Shown: piece after piece, positions 60,616-64,000 of the stretch
How positions within the stretch are numbered: the stretch's first letter is position 1
How the letters are laid out: every line of letters begins with the position of its first letter
Source: Myxococcales bacterium
GTDB taxonomy: Bacteria > Myxococcota_A > Polyangia > Haliangiales > Haliangiaceae
Direction of reading: 5' to 3'
DNA: 64,000 bases
Assembly (NCBI GenBank): GCA_024222395.1
Contig: JAAEPE010000030.1
Coordinates: 2,920-66,919, forward strand
The notes under the pieces: model-generated
Database searches by the model: none
The model's input: only the letters and a program-made list of their open reading frames with translations
Told to the model about the DNA's origin: nothing
Program-made: the position numbers and the translations under genes

Positions 60616-61134
60616 ATGCTCGCCTCCTTACCCATACCGCACATGGTCGCCCTGGCACTCTCTGCCGGGGCGGCCTTCACCGACGCTCGCACGGGACACA
60701 TTCCCAACGAGCTCACCTTGCCGCCACTGGTCGTTGCACCGCTGGCGTATCTCGTACTCGCAGGGCCTCAAATGGCCGCGCTTAGCATCGTCTCCGCCAT
60801 TCTATGCGCACTGCTGCCCTACCTGATGTTTCGCAAGGGCGCGGCTGGGGGAGGCGACGTGAAATTGCTCGCTGCGATGGGCGCTGTTTCCGGAGCCTCT
60901 TTTGGAATCGAAGCCCAGCTCTTTGGTTTTGCTCTGGCGACCTTTGCCTCGCTTGCGCTACTCGCCTACCGAGGTCGGCTTCTCGCCACCCTAGCAAACT
61001 CACTCTTCTTGGCAATCAACCCCGTCTTGCCCAGTCGCTATCGGCGCATTGCCCCACCAGAGGCACTGAGCACGATCCGCATGGGCATCCCCTTCTTTCT
61101 CGGTGCTCTGCTCGCCTTCTGGTTGCGGGCCTAG
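60616..61134 (+). CDS. cpaA: A24-family prepilin peptidase (CpaA/TadV-like)
   Basis: The two catalytic Asp contexts FTDARTGHIPNE and GGGDVKLLAAMG. ATG 60616 lies 4 nt after the flp stop. Confidence 0.8.
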   Translation: MLASLPIPHMVALALSAGAAFTDARTGHIPNELTLPPLVVAPLAYLVLAGPQMAALSIVSAILCALLPYLMFRKGAAGGGDVKLLAAMGAVSGASFGIEAQLFGFALATFASLALLAYRGRLLATLANSLFLAINPVLPSRYRRIAPPEALSTIRMGIPFFLGALLAFWLRA

Positions 61135-61136
61135 TC

Positions 61137-62036
61137 ATGAATACTTGGAAGAGCCCGCGCAAGAACCAGCACGGAGTTGTCTACGTAGAGTTTCTCTTAG
61201 TCTTCCCACCGCTCTTCATATTGTTCTTGGTTATCCTGCAGTGGAGCCTGCTGAGCGCGACGAACCTCGGCGTCAAGCATGCGGCATCCACCACAGTGCG
61301 GTCGGCGATTGTGGTCTTGCCCGACGATCCAGTGGCATACGAGGGCATGCCAATAGGCCACATTCCTGTCGACGGCAGTTGCAGTGATGACTTCCTCGGC
61401 AAGTTCGACAAGCTTCTAAAGAAGATTGGTCTCCAGTCCGGTGCCCTTCCCAGGGACGGGAAATGCCCGGGGGGGCCCCGAATGGCCGCGATTCGCTTCG
61501 CGGCCATTACGCGCATGGTTCCCTTTGCACCGAATGCGGCGAGCCTCCTGCCACAGGGCATGGCGAGCGCCGTCGAAGCTCTTGGCACCGCAGGTTGGAT
61601 TGCAGGCGCCGCGGCCTATAGCTATGGCGCAACCTCGGTCAACTTCATGCGCGCTCCCGGTGCTGACGTGCCAATTCCTGCCGTAGACGGTGCGCTCTAT
61701 CTCGAGGAAGGGCATCCGGCAACCGTGCGCGTTACCTACCTGGCGTATTGCGGGATCCCCATTGCGCGCTATCTCATGTGTGATTCGAGCTTAAGTCTAA
61801 GCCAAGACAAGAACGCCGACATCGTGAGAGATATTGGCAACGGTGATTTCACCCGGGCAGCGGCGGTGAGTAAGCGCATTAAGGAGGGCATTCCTCAAAT
61901 GCAACTACTCAGGCGCGGCGTAGGCAACCACGAGCTGTTATCGGCCCTGCTCCTCACGGGGGAGCGCTTCATGGTTCTCAGCGCGGACGCGACGTTGCCG
62001 TTGAACTCAGCTCCCTATGCATACAAGGAAAAGTAA
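61137..62036 (+). CDS. TadE-like pilus assembly protein (long form, 299 aa)
   Basis: N-terminus GVVYVEFLLVFPPLFILFLVILQW is the TadE pseudopilin-like segment. ATG 61137. Confidence 0.65.
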   Translation: MNTWKSPRKNQHGVVYVEFLLVFPPLFILFLVILQWSLLSATNLGVKHAASTTVRSAIVVLPDDPVAYEGMPIGHIPVDGSCSDDFLGKFDKLLKKIGLQSGALPRDGKCPGGPRMAAIRFAAITRMVPFAPNAASLLPQGMASAVEALGTAGWIAGAAAYSYGATSVNFMRAPGADVPIPAVDGALYLEEGHPATVRVTYLAYCGIPIARYLMCDSSLSLSQDKNADIVRDIGNGDFTRAAAVSKRIKEGIPQMQLLRRGVGNHELLSALLLTGERFMVLSADATLPLNSAPYAYKEK

Positions 62037-63862
62037 TGAGAGTTTTTCGCAATACAGAGGGCGCTGTCATGGTGATTGCAGTTTTCATGGCTGCTGTAAC
62101 GATTGGCTGTCTCTACTACCTTTCCGGCCTTGGTGATGCGATTCTCGCGCAAGAGCGCATGCAGGACGCGGCGGATGCGGCGGCGTTCTCCTCGGCAGTC
62201 ATCCACGCGCGCGGCATGAACTTGCTCGCGCTCATCAATATCATTATGGCCTCTCTGCTCGCGATATTGGTGCTGCTTTCGATGTTGCACTCGCTCTTCA
62301 AACTGGCGGCACGAGTTCTCATGGCCGCGGCATTCCTCCTTCCAGCTGCTGCATCTGGCGTGCAGCCAATGCGAAGTGCCGCCAACCTCGCCAAGCAGGG
62401 AGAAGAGATGGCAAAACCCGAGGTGGAGGCGATCATGGCCGCTATGCACAAGGTGCAGGGGCCGCTGCGAAAGGTGGTTCCCGTGTTGGCAAGCGTCAAC
62501 GCTGCGAAACTCACGAGCAGTAGCTACGCCCCGGTGGTCACGGTCGGAACTACCTTTCCCATCTTGCAGGGGCTTCCGACAGAGGATGGCGAATTCGAGA
62601 CACTCTGCAAAAAGGCAGGTAGTTACGCTGGTCGGCTCATCATGTTGCCGCTCATGGAGACCCTTGGCGTAGTCGGTAGAATTGTCGGCGGAAGAACCGT
62701 ATCGGGCCTCTCCAGCGGAATCAGGAGCATTGCCTCGTCATCCGGTGAGGTCTACGCCAGGTTCTACTGTGGTGATGGGCCCAAGCCTCCACCTCCAAAG
62801 CAAAAGATCACCGTCACATATCCCAAACTCGATAGTCATACACAGAGAAACTGTGCCAGGGGGGACGAAGCCGAGTGCGAAAGATACGAGCAGCAGGTTC
62901 TCGATGTAAGAGACGCTTACGACGCGGAGGAAGGAATCTGCAAGAGCGGCGACCGCGAGCTGCGGGAGTTGTGTGACAAGAATCGGCGGCAAGCTCGACG
63001 GGCTTGCAACATTCAGAACTTTCCAACCATGGAGAAAGTTCGATGGAGACGAGTAGTCAAGATTCGCAAGTATCACGTGGTTGGTGAGGGCAATACTCGG
63101 CGTGTCGTGGCACTTGACGGCGCAGAGGATGTCCCTGAATCTGCCAACATCATAGTGAAGGAGTTCGATTCTCCGTTCGGGTTTCCACTCGGTTGTGAGC
63201 GTCCCGGCTTTCAGGCTGATCAAGGCATGACGAAGTGGGAAATGGATCCAGGGAAGCCACTCTGCCAAGAAGAGGTGGAGCCGCCAGATCTTGATGATTT
63301 CGGAGCAGACAACGAGGTAATAGAGAAGGAGTATGAGGAAATTACCGACGTTCTCAACTGCTTCCAGACGGAGAAGAGCGAAGTCGAGATCAGCGACGTT
63401 CAAGCGTCGAAAGGCATGAAGGAGAGTAAGCCTCAGGAGATGTGCAACTGCGCAGCCCAAGGCGAGGAGATGTTTCAGATTCGCTCTATAGTCTTGGGGA
63501 GTCCGGAGGTGTATACGAGCAACTCCAGCAAAGGCATCCTGGTGGCTACATATGGCAGAGAAGTCGATTCGGGAACCCTTGGTGCTCTCGGCGAGCTAGG
63601 TGGAAGGTTTGCTGTTGCACAGGCCGAGTTCTATTTTGACTCTGCGACAGCCAAGCGAAGTGAATGGCTCTGGTCGATGGAGTGGAAGGCCAGGATGCGC
63701 AGGCTCAGTTTTGGCCGGCAGCAATGGGAGTGCCCGGAAAGGACAAATACCTGTGAGTCGGGAACTCGGAAGGGGCCAAACATCGGTGCGGCCGCTGCGC
63801 AGAGGTTCGAGGCCCTACTTGAGAAGCTAGAGGACGGCGCCGATGCAATCATTGTTCACTAG
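62036..63862 (+). CDS. TadG-like pilus assembly protein (608 aa)
   Basis: GAVMVIAVFMAAVTIGCLYY...AQERMQDAADAAAFSSAV matches the TadG/Tad N-terminal pattern. TAATG overlap with the upstream gene. Confidence 0.65.
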   Translation: MRVFRNTEGAVMVIAVFMAAVTIGCLYYLSGLGDAILAQERMQDAADAAAFSSAVIHARGMNLLALINIIMASLLAILVLLSMLHSLFKLAARVLMAAAFLLPAAASGVQPMRSAANLAKQGEEMAKPEVEAIMAAMHKVQGPLRKVVPVLASVNAAKLTSSSYAPVVTVGTTFPILQGLPTEDGEFETLCKKAGSYAGRLIMLPLMETLGVVGRIVGGRTVSGLSSGIRSIASSSGEVYARFYCGDGPKPPPPKQKITVTYPKLDSHTQRNCARGDEAECERYEQQVLDVRDAYDAEEGICKSGDRELRELCDKNRRQARRACNIQNFPTMEKVRWRRVVKIRKYHVVGEGNTRRVVALDGAEDVPESANIIVKEFDSPFGFPLGCERPGFQADQGMTKWEMDPGKPLCQEEVEPPDLDDFGADNEVIEKEYEEITDVLNCFQTEKSEVEISDVQASKGMKESKPQEMCNCAAQGEEMFQIRSIVLGSPEVYTSNSSKGILVATYGREVDSGTLGALGELGGRFAVAQAEFYFDSATAKRSEWLWSMEWKARMRRLSFGRQQWECPERTNTCESGTRKGPNIGAAAAQRFEALLEKLEDGADAIIVH

Positions 63863-63899
63863 CAACTTGGGCTCTCATTTCCCGATACGTCGGGTGAAA

Positions 63900-64000
63900 A
63901 TGCCTAAACGCACGAGACGAAAGCGCTTGATTTCCGATACCCGCGGGGCCGCAATGGTCGAAGGCGTCATCGTAATGCCCTTCTTCATCATTGCGCTTGC
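63900..64000 (+). CDS. TadE-like protein (3' end off the window)
   Basis: MPKRTRRKRLISDTRGAAMVEGVIVMPFFIIAL..., my own translation. Confidence 0.55.
   Translation, partial: MPKRTRRKRLISDTRGAAMVEGVIVMPFFIIAL

Noticed and set aside
60231-60716. 161-aa minus-strand ORF
   Set aside because: It lies antisense to two Flp pilin genes and the prepilin peptidase start, all of which have strong family motifs. It is a typical high-GC shadow ORF.

Overview
High-GC chromosomal window (roughly 58-60% GC by eye) from a Gram-negative bacterium. The gene content suggests a Myxococcota/Bradymonadia-like deltaproteobacterium: myxobacterial-type PilZ domains, a PP2C phosphatase, a Ser/Thr-kinase relic, orphan MCPs, Tad/Flp pilus genes and Cys-rich lipoproteins. 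That placement is inference only. The window is overwhelmingly housekeeping. Almost the whole peptidoglycan/division (dcw) gene set is present, but split into two oppositely oriented halves. One half is murC-murB-ddl ... ftsQ-ftsA-ftsZ on + (13.6-25.4 kb). The other is a murE/murF fusion-mraY-murD ... ftsW-murG on - (51.1-60.0 kb). murI and murA lie between them. Other content: an RNase E/G homologue, an M1 aminopeptidase, aroE, hisG, alaS, a six-gene 2-oxoacid dehydrogenase + lipB operon, two tandem MCPs and the start of a Tad/Flp pilus locus. I saw no rRNA, tRNA, CRISPR, prophage, transposase or recognisable defence genes. I do not see a clear-cut novel multi-gene system. The best leads are: (1) a Zn-ribbon / PilB-like ATPase / CheY / HDOD block plus a divergent REC-PilZ gene wedged between ddl and ftsQ; (2) a 162-bp MITE-like element in 3 copies, sitting in CTAG/TA sites so that its ends supply stop codons of neighbouring genes; (3) a second repeat-rich structured region at the alaS-murG junction, which is also the inferred dcw inversion breakpoint; (4) an in-frame MurE-MurF fusion; (5) a 2-oxoacid dehydrogenase operon with two E1-alpha genes but one E1-beta; (6) an Flp pilin gene too short for the ORF track. 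All functional calls come from motif recognition by eye and no searches were run. Many start codons are uncertain because the ORF track starts at the first ATG/GTG/TTG.
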